Translations under genes and position numbers: made by a program
Assembly (NCBI RefSeq): GCF_030684315.1
Contig: NC_081381.1
Coordinates: 30,920,784-30,984,783 of the forward strand
Length of the DNA stretch: 64,000 nucleotides
Direction: 5' to 3'
DNA from: Stegostoma tigrinum
Taxonomy: Eukaryota
Shown: positions 51,042 to 63,614 of the stretch, in pieces
How the letters are laid out: every line of letters starts with the position of its first letter
How positions within the stretch are numbered: position 1 is the first letter of the stretch
Notes under the pieces: model-generated
Database searches by the model: none
Told to the model about the DNA's origin: nothing
The model's input: the letters and a program-made list of their open reading frames with translations, nothing else

Positions 51042-51447
51042 CTGAAGTTGAAGGAAATTAAATAGATCTGCAGAAAACTCTCTCCTCCATACCAGGAGTA
51101 CACTTCATCACTTCCCAGATTATGTTATGTTCTGCTATTTATTCCCATCTCTGTCAGCATCGGATATCAATTAGTTAATGTATCCTGCAGCAACTGCACT
51201 TGTCAAACTTCAATACTTCACACATTCATTGAACGTCACATTTTCAGCAGGTTAATTTAAAAATCACATTCAGCAATGAAATGCACCCAAACTGTAACAA
51301 CATTAGCTGAATTTCTATAGTGCCTTTAAAATATGAGATGCTCCTAGAGGTGTGATCAGCCCTCAATGGGTGCTAAGAAAAAATGTAGGAAATAACAGAG
51401 GGGGAGACCAAAAGCTTCTTTAAAATAGGTGAGTTTTGAGAAATTTA

Positions 51448-51768
51448 CTGTTATAGTTGATATAGGTCAATTCAGTCACTTCCACAAAATTCTGCTCTGG
51501 GGACCTACTGGATAAAGAGAGAATTCATTATCTATCAAATGAAATCTTCATTTCTCACATGTGACATATCCTTCTCATTCATCTTAAGTAACCCTGCCTG
51601 TCAGGTAGATTTCTAGAACAAGTGCCATGAATAATCGTGTCTCTTTAATACTTCCGGTATTCAATGTTGCTGGGTTAAAATGCTTGCCCACCCTCCCTAA
51701 CAGCTGAAAGGGAATAATTTCACCAGATAGACTGCAGTACTTCAATTCAGTAACTCAACAATCTTTTT
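51448..51768 (-). repeat. Local duplication of 50147-50474 (acceptor and first third of the DNAJC16 penultimate exon plus upstream intron)
   Basis: Near-identical text ctgttatagttgat.taggtcaattcagtcacttccacaaaattctgctctggggacctactggata...actcaacaatcttttt at both sites. Confidence 0.95.
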
Positions 51769-52734
51769 CAGGATGTTTACAAAATACCAATAAATGCTGG
51801 CCTTGCCAATGATATCCATAAAAGAATAAAAGGAGGAGAAAGAGATAGAGAATTTCCTAAGTAAAGCACTACAATATGGGGGCTTGACAAGTCATGAACA
51901 GAATGACACACACAGACTTTATTCAGAGACCCAGAAGAACAGAAAAAGTTCAAGTGATCTATCAACGCTATTCCACCAACAGAGTTCTATCAAGTATGCA
52001 GGATTAAAGGTTATGGAACTTGGGAGCTCACAGCCACAAAAGGATGGAATTTTAAACTGGCAGAGTTGAGGTACTGCATCCAATTCTGTGAAGACAGGGT
52101 TGATGGTCAATAAAGATGTTGTGGGTTAAGAGGCTGACCAGGACAGCAAACGTACAGGAGGATTAGTCAAGTGTGGTAGTGACAGAATCCCGGATAAGGA
52201 CGTTTAAAAACATAAATGCAGACTGGTGATGTTGGCAGTTTTTGTGATAGAGAGAATCAAGTCATGACACAGGGACAGACAGCTGAACCAAATAAACCTT
52301 TCTACCTTGCATTTGCAAAATGGTAAGATTAAAACTGAAGACCCCCAGTAATTATTGGAACCAATATTCCAGTGGTATATTTGAATAGCCAATTCCAGAC
52401 CTTGCGAATAATTAATTCCAGCTACCAGTTTTGTACCTTAAACAAAAAGCTTAACAGTTTATTCAATACACATAACTTTAGCAGAAAATATCAAACGAGG
52501 CAATCTGATTAATGTCTATACTTTCAGCTTAAAACATCTGTTTACAGCCCTCATTCACACAAAATAGACAAACAAAAACAGTTAGGGTATAAAAAAAATT
52601 AAACAAAATTGGCCAGATGACTTAAATGATTCTGACTGTGTGTTTTTTCACATGCAAAAGATGAAGACTCCTTGGCTGCTTTTCTGGAAACGTTGACGCG
52701 TGTCCCTTTCAGTTCACTAGATCCTTGATGCCAC

Positions 52735-55050
52735 ACTCAGTCAAATGCAGCCTGATATCAAGGGCTGTCACTCTCACCTCACCTCTGGAATTGAGCTCTT
52801 TTGACCATGTTTGAACCAAGGCTGTAATGAGATCCGGAGCTGAGTGGCCCTGGCAGAATCAAAACTGGGCATCACTGAGCAGGTATTTGCTGATCAGGTG
52901 CTACTTGATAGCACTGCTGATGATACGTTTCTTCACTTTACAGATGATTGAGAGTAGACTGATGGGGCGATAACTGGCCAGGTAGGATTTGTCCTGCTTT
53001 TTGTGTACAGGACATACTTGGGCAGTTTTCCACATTGTCAGATTGATACCAGTGTTGTAACTGTACAGGAACAGCATGCTTAGGGGAGCAGCAGGTTCTG
53101 GAGCACAAATCTTCAATACTATTGTCGGAATATTGTCAGGGCCTATAGCCTTTGCAGTATCCAGTGCCACCAACTGTTTCTTGTGAATTGAATTGGTTGA
53201 AGACTGGTATCTGTAAAGCTGGGGATTACTGGAGGAGGCTGAGATAGATCATCCACTTGGCACTTCTGGCTGAAGATTGCTGCAAAAGCTTCAGCCTTAT
53301 ATTTGCACTGATGTGCAGGGCTCTTCCATCATTGAGGATGGGGACAGTTGTGGAGCCTCCTCCTCCTCCAATGAGATGTTTAACTGTTAACCACCATTCA
53401 TGACTTGATGTGGCAGAACTGCCGAGCTTAGATCTGATTTGCTGGTTGCGAGATCTCTTAGCTCTGTCTATCACTTGCTGCTTTTGCTGTTTGGCGTGCA
53501 CGTAGTCCTGTTTGGTGGCTCCACCAGGTTGATATTTCATCTTCAAATGTGCCTGATGCTGCTCCTGGCATGCGCTCCTGCATTACCCATTGAACCAGGA
53601 TTGGTCCCCTGGCTTAAGGGTAACGGGCAAGTGGGGGATATGCCGGGTCATGAGGTTACAGATTGTGCTGGAGTACAATTCTATCTGCTGTTGGTGGTCC
53701 ACAGCTCCTCACTGATGCAGAGTCTTGACTTTCTAGATCTGTGTGAAGTCTGTCCCATTCAGCACAGTTATAGTGCAATACAACACAATGGAAGTTGTTC
53801 AATATGTGAAGGCAGGACTTCATCTTAACAAGGACTATGCGACAGTCATTCTTACTGATACGGTCATGGACAGATGCAACTGCCAGCTGGCAGATTAGTA
53901 AGTATGAGGTCAAGTATGTTTCTCCATCTTGTTGTATCCCTCACCACCTGCCACAAAGCCAGTCTAGCTCGATCTGTAGTACTGCTGCCGAGCCACTCTT
54001 GGTGTGGACGTTGAAATCGCCCATCCAGAGTACATTTTGTGCCCTTAGCATCCTCAGTACTTCCTCCCAGTGTTGCTGAACATTGAGGAGTATTGATTCA
54101 TCAGCTGAGAGGGCGGAACGTGGTAAAGCAGGAGATTTCCTTGCCTTTGTTTAACCCGAAATCATGGGATCTGGAGTCAACACTGAGGACTCCCACAGCA
54201 ATACCCTCCTGACTGTATACCACTGTGCCGCCACCTCTGCTGGGTTTGTCCTGCCAGTGGCACAGGACTTTTCCAGGGACAGTGATGGTGGTGTCTGAGA
54301 CGTTGTCTCGAACGTATGATTCTGAGAGTATGGCTATGTCAGGCTGTTGCTTGACTAGTCTGTGAGACAGCCCTCCCAATTTTGGCACTAGCCCCCAGAT
54401 GTTGGTCACAAGGACTTTGCACGGTTGACAGGGCTGTTTCCATCATTGTCTTTTCCAGTGTCTGAGTCAATGCCAGGTGAGCCGTCCAGTTTCATTTCTT
54501 TGAGGCTTTATAGCGAGTTGTACAACTGAGTGGCTTGCTGGGCCATTTCAGAGGGCAACTGGGAGTCAACCACACTGTTGTGGGTCTGGAGTCACGTATA
54601 GGGCAGACCGGTGAGGATGGCAGATTTCCTTCCCTGAAGGGCATTCGTGAACCAGATGGGTTTTCTGACAATCAGCAAAGATTTCATGGTGATCAGTAGA
54701 TTCTTAATTCCAGACTTTCTGTTTCCCCCAATTATTGAATTCAAATTCCACCATCTGCCATGGTGGGAATTGAACCCCAGGTCCCCAGAACATTAGAGAT
54801 AACTAAGTGTGAAGCTGGACGAACACAGCAGGCCAAGCAGCATCTCAGGAGCACAAAAGCTGACGTTTCGGGCCTAGACCCGATGAAGTGCTCCTGAGAT
54901 GCTGCTTGACCTGCTGTGTTCATCCAGCTTCACACTTGGATATCTTGGATTCTCCAGTATCTGCAGTTCCCATTATCTCTCTCTCTCCCCAGAACATTAG
55001 CTGGGTTTCTGGATTAATAGTCTAGCAATAATACCAATAGGCCATTGCCT
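52735..55050 (-). mobile_element. CR1/L2-group LINE (APE endonuclease + RT N-terminus) with SINE-like 5' end; 3' part missing
   Basis: TNIWGLVPKLGGLSHRLVKQQPDIAILSESY (APE); KAIGPDNIP...WKTAQVCPVHKK...YRPISLLS (pre-RT); 54500-55050 matches the 35905 SINE. Confidence 0.8.
54797..54985. mobile_element. Fold-back Penelope derivative with perfect 15-bp TSD
   Basis: tccccagaacattag at 54782-54796 and 54986-55000; arms aagtgtgaagctgga.gaacacagcagg...caggagcac and gtgctcctg...ccagcttcacactt; partial hammerhead motif in the loop. Confidence 0.9.
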
Positions 55051-56138
55051 ACTCCCTATATCTGTTTAAACACAATGTTCTTCCTGGTGTCGCTGTGTCT
55101 GCGGGAACCGTTTTAATCAAGAATCGGCCTGCAATTAGCCTCTAGGGCTGCCCTCGCAAACAAACGAAAGCTTGTTTGGTCTGTTCTTTTCCTTTTACCA
55201 TAAGCTGTTTCAAGAAGTCAAAATGTCATCTTCAGCTTTCAATTCCCAGCTCATACTCCAAATCAGAAATGATAAAAGAATGAAAAACGAAAAAAATGTC
55301 AGTGAGGGTTCTAACAATATGGAGTTAAAAATTAAGCTCAAAGCCCAGAATCATATTAGAGGCCAGTTTGTGAATCGTCTGTGAATGCATGACTGTGGCT
55401 GTGGGAGCGACATGTAATCAGTGGAAAGGATGCAATGTGTGATGGGAATTGGACCTCTCAGTGTTTTCTATGCCCATTTCCTAGCTCACAGAAAGTCCTA
55501 TACAGCCATCACTGCTGTGCTCATTTACCTATGAAGTGTAGTTACTGACCCTTGAAATCAATCCTTAAAGTGGCCAAGTGGAGTGCTCCGCTGCCAGAGC
55601 TGGGGAATTCATGACCTTGAATTCTTTAGATCCACCCTACAATGAAACTCAACCTTTCTTCAAGCACCACCGGGCTTATATGGAGCAAAGTCTGCAAAAT
55701 GCGCACTGGATTTATCAGCCTTCTCTGAGCCTATTGAACTGGAAATGAAAGCAAGTAATCCTCCCTAAAAGGTCTGCATCCTCTGTTCGCTCACTTCCCT
55801 GCCTGTGCTCTGCTAATCACTTAAATGTTGAGGACAGAAATGAACAGAACAGGTTACTTTTATCAATAGGCATCATTCGGACATTTATCCACAACGTATT
55901 TAACATACAACTTTACATGAAACTCCCATCCCATCTTAAAAAAAATAGACAGTAGCACTAAGTCTGGCAGCATCATAAAGAGAAAGGACAGGTTCCTTTT
56001 TCAGGACCAAGGCTGTTTTTCAGAAATCCCATTTTTACTCAAAACATGAAACAAATTTTCTTCCCTTTCAAATACTAACAGATAAGCCTTGATTTTTCTT
56101 TCTCTTAAATCTGCTAAATGAACGTCCACGTTTCTTAC

Positions 56139-56219
56139 CCAAAAGCTTGAATGATGAAAGCTCCAAACAGAATGAAAACCACAGAGAAAAGCAGAGAAAT
56201 CAAAGGCATCATTTCCCGC
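56139..56219 (-). CDS. DNAJC16: DNAJC16 transmembrane exon
   Basis: gtctcag|G; REMMPLISLLFSVVFILFGAFIIQAF; GG|gtaaga; 81 nt. Confidence 0.95.
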
Positions 56220-58040
56220 CTGAGACAGAAAAAGAAAGTTGACAGAACGTAGTTATTTTTGGTGTCATAATAAACATACTTAACAGTAATGATCAGCTGA
56301 TGGACAGAAATTTTAAAACAATCACTGAGCAACAAGGGAGATACAAAAATCCAAAAACACAACATCCGGTTTGATACGGACCAAATATTTAGACTGTGAC
56401 AGCAGTGAACATTTTGGGTAAGCGAGAGAAAGTTTGCAACCCAAAAAAAAAATCATAAAATTCTAATCCACAGCTTTCGATAGCAGCAACAGACAACACC
56501 AGGGCAAGTCCAGCAAAGGAAAATAGCATTGATCCCAACAGAGAATTCTCAGCAAAGAATGTCGACCTTAACATTAAATCCATTTTTTTGCTTTAAAAAG
56601 AAGCCAATTACTTTTTCTGTTATTGAGGTTAAAAGTGAATGGTGTACTTTAAAAGAAAACAGAAAAAGAATAAAAGAAAAATCACAAAGATCAAATAGGG
56701 AATAATAGTCATGTTGAATCAAGCTTGGATTTTCAAACTGAGGACAGCAATCTAGACCATGAATTATGAAGTAGAGAGAGTCAGTTTGATTCTTAAGAAA
56801 ATTTACAAACTATTCTGTCAATTTTGGATAAGATAGTGATGGAGTGACACATGGAAATACAGGGTCAAAACAGGTTATTAAGGTGTTTTCAGTATCAGCC
56901 ATGGCCCCTTTGAAGATTTTGGACTTTGGCTGTGGTACAGTTCATAGTTTTTAGATGTCACATCTAATATTTTGCCTAATTCATTGACAATGAATGTCAT
57001 CAAATTGCTGTGAAACACATGCCTCTTTCAGACTCCAATTGGCAACAATAAATTGTAATTAAAAGCATTTTTATCATATTAGAAGTTCTAAGGTTTATCA
57101 CTGGAATGTATAAAGAAAAATGAGGCACATGAAGGATATTAAGACAGATGACCAGAAGCTCCCTCAAAAATCAGGATGACTAACTCTTCAGGAATCAATT
57201 AAGATACACTCTTGCTTCCCCTGTGTGTCTCTGCTCGAGTGGTTGCTGCTGATTTTAACGTTGTGATGGTGGTTGCGGGTGATTTGTGAGAGTGACCATT
57301 GCAAAGACAAGGTACACATGTGCGAGCGTATGTTGCACATGCACAAAATATGAAGCTTGGAAAACACTGGACAAACAGTATCCTGGATACAGACATCATG
57401 GGACATGCATCTCGAGTACTGAGCAGTCCGAGAGAGGATGGTTAGTCCCCCTGCCAAAGGAGTAGGTTTTGAGAAGCATCTTAAAAGGAGGACAGGTAGA
57501 GGAGTTGTAGGATTTTAGTAGAAAAAGTCCTAAGATTAAAGATTGGCAGCTGAAGGCATTGCCACTAACAGTGAAGCGATGGAATTAGAGGAACACGGGT
57601 ATATCAGAGGTACTGGAGATACGAAGCTTTTGCGGGATGTGAAAATAAGGGTGCAAACATTAAAATCACCCAGGTGCCAGGCTGCAAATCAATGTAGCTC
57701 AGCAAGCACAGGTTGGGGATAATCAGAACTTGAAGAAAATTACGATATGGGAAGACAAACTTCATAACCTCAGGTTTGTGGAGAGTAGAATGTGGGAGAC
57801 CAGCTAGGACTCTGACGGAATAGTCAATTCTAAACGCAACAATGGTTCTAACAAAGACCTGCTGTGCACTTCCAGCATTTTCTGTAGTCCAGATTTTTTG
57901 AATTTGAGGATTTGCATTTTAGTTCCACGGTAACTTTCTTGCAGCTCAATGTCATATATTCAATTTCTGACAACTGGTGTTTCTAGATTTCAGGGTACAA
58001 GTAGTATTAGTGATGAATGGTATAGTCACCAGCTACATAC

Positions 58041-58117
58041 CAGTTCTGAGTGAACCCAGATGCCCAAATTTGAGATGCATAATCTATTATGGCATACAAC
58101 CAGCGAAGGAGGAACAT
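58041..58117 (-). CDS. DNAJC16: DNAJC16 exon preceding the transmembrane exon
   Basis: ctctacag|ATG; MFLLRWLYAIIDYASQIWASGFTQN-W (human VFLLRWFYSASDYISDCWDSIFHNNW); TG|gtatgt; 77 nt; not in the ORF track. Confidence 0.92.
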
Positions 58118-58369
58118 CTGTAGAGAAAAAGCATTGAGTTCAATTTTTATATGACACCTCAAATGAACTAACACTGCAACTTCTTACTACACAGGGAAAG
58201 TAAAGGTTACTCCTGAAGCTGCAACAGCAGGTTATATTTAAAGACTCGTCAAACCTGAACATGCACACCAACTAGGTGAATTACTGTGGAACAGTCAGTC
58301 AATTATACTAAACGCATGTACTGATAAATCAGATTGAAAGAAGTCACAAACTGAACTTTGACAGTACAA

Positions 58370-59470
58370 AACTATACAAAACATTGTCAAACCATGCATT
58401 GAAAATTGTGAAGTGTTAATCTCCAAGTGGTTGGAGAAGATTCACTAGGTTGATTCTGGGTGTGGGTGGGTTGTAAGGAGAGGTTGAGTAGATTGGGCTG
58501 TACTCGGAGTTTAGAAGAATGAGAGGAGAACTTAATGAAACATACAAAATTCTCAAAGGTCTTGATAGAGTAGATGCAGAAACTTTATTTCATTTTGTGG
58601 GAAAGTCTAGGACCAGAGGGCATAAACTCAGAGTGACAGGTCAGCTGTTTAAAATTGAAATGAAGGAATTTATTTTCTTCATTTGTCACAGATCTGTGGA
58701 ATTATTTACTGCAATGAAATGTCAAGGCTGAGACGGACAGAGTTTTACATCAGACAGGGAATTAATGATATTAGGAAAAGGCAGAAAAGTAGATTTGAGG
58801 ATCATTAGATCAGCCATAATCTTATTGAATGGTGGAGTTGACTCGTTTAGCTGAATGTCCTACTTTTATTCCTATGTATTATGGTATTATGTAACCTCAT
58901 TCTTGTTTTCAAACAGAAGATCAAACTTATACATGTTTATGTATTATTTAAGAAAATATATTACTTCATGGGAGGCCATTCAGAGAAAGTTCAATACGAT
59001 GATCCCTGGTAGGGGGGGGATTGTTTTATGAGCAAAGGTTAAACAAGTTGGGACTGTAGTTGTTGGAATTTAGAAGAATGAGAGGTAATCTCATTTAAAC
59101 CGACAGGATTCTTAACGGGCTTCATAAGATAATTGCTGCAGGATATTTCCCCTCATGGGAGAGTCTAGAACCAGAGGGTATAATCTCAAAATTAAGGGGT
59201 GTCAATTTAACACTGAAACGAGAAGAAATTTCTTCTCTCAGAAGTTTGAGCGTCTTTGGACATCCTTGCCATAGAGCTGTGGGTCAGAATCCTTGTGTAT
59301 ATTTAAGGCTGAGATTGTTCGGTTATTGATCAATAGGTGAATCAAAGGTCATGGGGAGAAAGGCAGGAAAGTGGACACGAGGCAAGTTGGACCAGTTATG
59401 GTCCAACTGATTGGTGCAGTCAGCTTCAGGGGCCAAATGGCCCACTCCTGCTACTATTTCTTATAGTGTT
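58370..59470 (+). mobile_element. Two tandem CR1 3' fragments
   Basis: MRGELNETYKILKGLDRVDAE..F; a similar block repeats at ~58975-59470. Confidence 0.85.
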
Positions 59471-59480
59471 ATTGTCACTA

Positions 59481-59685
59481 CAGTGTGGAGCTGGAGGAAC
59501 ACAGCAGGTCAGGCAGCATCAGAGGAGCAGGGAAGTTGCTGTTTCAGGTCAGGACCCTTTGATGAAGGGTCCCGACCTGAAACATCGACATTTCTACTCC
59601 TCTAATACTACCTGATCTGCTGTGATCTTCTAGCTCCACAATGTGTTGACTCTGACTCCAGCATCTCCAGTTCTTGCTATCTCTC
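59481..59685. mobile_element. Fold-back Penelope derivative with back-to-back hammerhead remnants at its centre
   Basis: gtttcaggtcaggaccctt-tgatg-aagggtcccgacctgaaac centre; outer arms tgtggagct.ga / tc.agctccaca. Confidence 0.8.
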
Positions 59686-60184
59686 TCCTGTGGGGTTATG
59701 TCAGGGCAACAGAAGTACAAATCTTAAAACTTCATCTAGAATGGTTAAATGGAAGACTATTTTTCTTCTTCAGACTATGTGATTCAGGATAAACCCAAAC
59801 TTCTCAAAAAATAGTTCAGTAAACAAATGTTAATATGTTGAGTAAAATAATGTAGTGATTAAGTTGTGCAGTTTGAGGTTTCACATCTGCTTCCTCCCTC
59901 TCTTTCTATTGGTTTCGTTTATAAGTCAGCAAGCACTGACATTTCAAAATTTGCAGCATAACTTTCCATTTGCAATTAATATTTCTGTTGCACAATTTTA
60001 AATGTGACAGCCCCAAATAATTAATTGGGATTACAATTGATAATATGTAATAACAGATCATTATAACGTACGAGGAACCAAGCAGAAACAAGAGTGAAGA
60101 ACAGCTACTTGTACATTCTGTGAAATAACTGTGAACAACATCTGTTTTTATAAACTATGAGTTAATTACCTAAATTACTAAAAT

Positions 60185-63100
60185 CATTTCACCACGTTTT
60201 CCTGGGGGTTTCTTAGAACTGTCTGGACTAGAAAACTGCAGCTGTGAGGAAAGACTGGATAGCTTGGAATTGTTTGCCTTAGATCAGAGAAGGTTGAGGG
60301 ATGACCTAACTGAGATGTATAAAATAATGAGAGGCTTGGATCGAGTGGACAGCAAAGACCCATTTCCCCTACTGGAGATTCAATGGTGATTGATAGAAAG
60401 ATTAGAGAGGATATAATGAAACACCTTTTGAGCCCAGGAGGGTGGTGGTGTCTACTGTCCAGCTTGGTTCTTAAGGTAAAAGCCTGTTTAAAAGGAACCC
60501 AAATCCACAGCTGAAGTACTGCAACCTGCAAGGTTCGAGAAAGGTGCTGGAAAGTGAACGACAATGGATGGCTAGTTCACTACAGAGACGATGGGCTGAA
60601 AGGCCTCTTTCTGTGCTATGACTTTTCTATGGTTCTACCTGAACATTTCCTCAGAACTGTATTTAAAGTTGCCCTTGATTCAGAGTGACAGTTACAATAC
60701 TCACAGCTTACCTGGAAATCACCTGAATGACTATTAGATCTCCTGGATAGTATGGCTGACAAGCTTGAAGAGAAGTATTCCAGTTCATGACAGTGCATCC
60801 CTGACATCCCAAACATGGGATAATGTAAAATTTATTGAATATGAATGCACTTTCAAGAGGTAAGATAAAGGAAAATCAGGATTTGACGGGATCTATCCCA
60901 AGGATACTGAAGAAGTCAAAGGGAGGCGATTGCTGGAGCCTCAACAGAGACCTTTGCATTCTATTTAGTCAGAGGTGAGGTAGCAGAAGACTGGAGAATT
61001 GCCAATGTTGTTCTTTTAAGAAGAACGACAGGGATAATCTAGTAAACTATATTTATATCAGTGGTACGGAAGATACTTAGAGGCAGGATATACTTGCATT
61101 TGGAAAAGAATGGACATATCAGAAGTGGTCAGCATGGCTTTATGGAGGTGAAATCCTGTCACAAAATCTTGATTGAGGTTTTGGAGGAAGTAATGAAGAT
61201 GACTAATGAAGGTAGGCTTCACTAGACCATTTAGGAAGGATGTTGTTAAACTAGAAAGGATGCAGAAAAAAAATTACAAGCATGTTGCTGGAACTGATGG
61301 ATTTGCATCACAAGGAAAGGCTGTAGAGGCTGGGGCATTTGTTCCCTGGAGCGTCGAAGGCTGAGGGGTGACGTTATAGAGGTTTATAAAATCTCGAAGG
61401 GTATGGATTAGGTGAATAGCCAAAGTCTTTTTCCAAGGGTAGGGGAGTCCAAAACTAGAAGGCATAAGCTGAAGACGAGAGGGGAAAGATTTAAAAAGGG
61501 ACATGAGGAGGAACGTTTTCCACACAGTTGTCCGTGTATGGAATGAGCTGCCAGAGGAAGTGGTAGAGGTGGTCATTTGAAAGACATTTGGACAAGTACG
61601 CAAATAGGAAAGATTTAGAAGGATATTGAATTGGATTGAATTGAATCAAATCATGTATTATCGTGTGTATGCAATGTAAAAATACAATGAAAAGTGTGTA
61701 CCTTCGTTGTACATACATGGCACCATTCACATTGACTTAGAATAAGATAAGAAAGGAAAGAAAACTTAAAGTCCAACTTTCCTTTCCACTGCCCCAGTCC
61801 GACTTACGGCTCTCCAGCCCATGCCATGCCGCTGCCAGCATCCTGCTCTGGGCGGCCTCACTGGCCCAAACTCGCTGTTGCTGCCTCACCAGCCCAGTCT
61901 CAGCTGCCTCACCGGCTTGCTCTCACAGCCGCTGCCTCACCGGCTTGCTCTTGCTGGCCCATTCTTGACCCGCCGCCGTTACTCCGGCCCACCCTTGATC
62001 CAACATGGCTGCAGGACATAACCTGCACGTTCAGCTCCCGCCATGTGGTTCTCAGTCGTGATCCAACTCCTTAGGGAGGTTTTTAAAAGAATATGGACCA
62101 AATGCAGGCAAATGGAACTAGCTCAGTTTAGGAAACCTGGTTGGCATGGAAGAGTTGGATCAAAGGGTCTGTTTCTGTGCTGTATGACTCTATGATTCAT
62201 TTAACAAGATCCCTCATGTTAGGCTGGTCCAGATAATTAAGTCACATGGGTTCCATACTGAGTTGGGAAGTTGGATGCAAAATTGAATTGGTCATAGAAG
62301 ACAGAACAAAGTTGTGGAGGGGTGTTTTTCTGACTGTGATTAGCGGCATTCTGCAAGGATCAGTGCTGGGACTTCAGATTTGGATGAAAATGCAGTTGGC
62401 TTGATTCAAAAGTTTGCGGACAACACGAAAATTGATGGTGTTGTGGATAGTGAAGAAGGATGTCAAAGGATTCAACAACATATCGATCAGTTGGAAAGTT
62501 GGGTAGAGAAATGGCAGATGGTGTTTAATCAATATAAGTGAGACTGGATGCATTTTGGGAGGTCAAATGTAAAAGGAAAGTATACAGTAAATGTCAGGAC
62601 CCTTAGGAGCAGAGGAATCTTTGTGATAAAGTCCATAGCTCCCTGAAAGTGGCAATACAAGTAGATAAGATGGTAAAGAAGGCATATGACAAGCTTGTCT
62701 TTATTGGTCAGGGTACTGAGTCTAAAAGTTGGCAAGTCACGTTGCAGCTGTATAAGACTTTAGTTAGGCCACATCTGGAGTATGGTGTACAGTTTTAGGT
62801 CGCCACACCATAAAAAGGATATGGAGCCTTTGGACAGGATGCAAAAGAGGTTTACCAGGATGATGACTGAATTGAAGTGTACATACTATAAGGAGAGGTG
62901 GACAAATTTGGATCATCTACACGAGAGCATTGGAAACCAAGGGGCGACATGATTAAAGTATAAAAAATTTGGACAGGCATGGAAAAAGTGTAAGCTCTGA
63001 ATCTTTTCTGAGGCCAGGAATGTCAAATACTGGTCGGCATAGGTTTAAGGTGACAAGAGAAAAATTTAAAGGAGATGTGCAAACAAAGATTTTTCTTCTT

Positions 63101-63315
63101 TTAGACAGGGGGAGCAGATGCCTGAAAATCATTGCCAGAGAAGGTGGTAGAAGCAGACACAGTAGCATCATTTAACAGACTTTTAGACAGACCATGAGCA
63201 CAGTATAGAGGGATATGGACCGTGTGCCGGCAAAAGGGATTAGTTTGGAATGACATCATGGTCAGCTGACATGGTGGGCTGAAGGGCCTGTTCCTGAGCT
63301 GTACTGTTCTATTTG
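60185..63315 (+). mobile_element. Cluster of CR1 LINE fragments with a nested GC-rich insertion (~61627-62080)
   Basis: Degenerate RT segments (WRIANVV, QHGF..KSC, KFADNTK, LYKTLVRPHLEY) and several CR1 3' ends. Confidence 0.8.
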
Positions 63316-63614
63316 CAAATTGCACCGATTATCATATGCCCAACTTGTCAACTGATAGAGCTCCAGGATTAGGTCCAACTACTGTTGGTAATCTGAGCTA
63401 CTGTAGTTACCCAACATTATGGCATGTTTAGTCGTCACCAATTTCACATGGGAGTAGATTCTGGCTCATTACCTTCACGCTAACAAAACTTAAAAATGGA
63501 TGATGCAAAGGCACTTTTCCTCATCTTGCTCACATTACTGTTCCAACAACTAATGATAACTATAAATAACATAACAGAAACTAACCTGATCATTTGTGCA
63601 GATAAAATACTTAC

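Noticed and set aside
56389-56583. Hydrophobic 64-aa minus-strand ORF near the DNAJC16 transmembrane exon
   Set aside because: DNAJC16 splices in frame without it; T-rich intron sequence yields hydrophobic translations by chance
60700-60816. Strong minus-strand donor motifs (CAG|gtaagc, gtgagt) suggesting another DNAJC16 exon
   Set aside because: No homology or clear acceptor; the expected exon was found at 58041-58117
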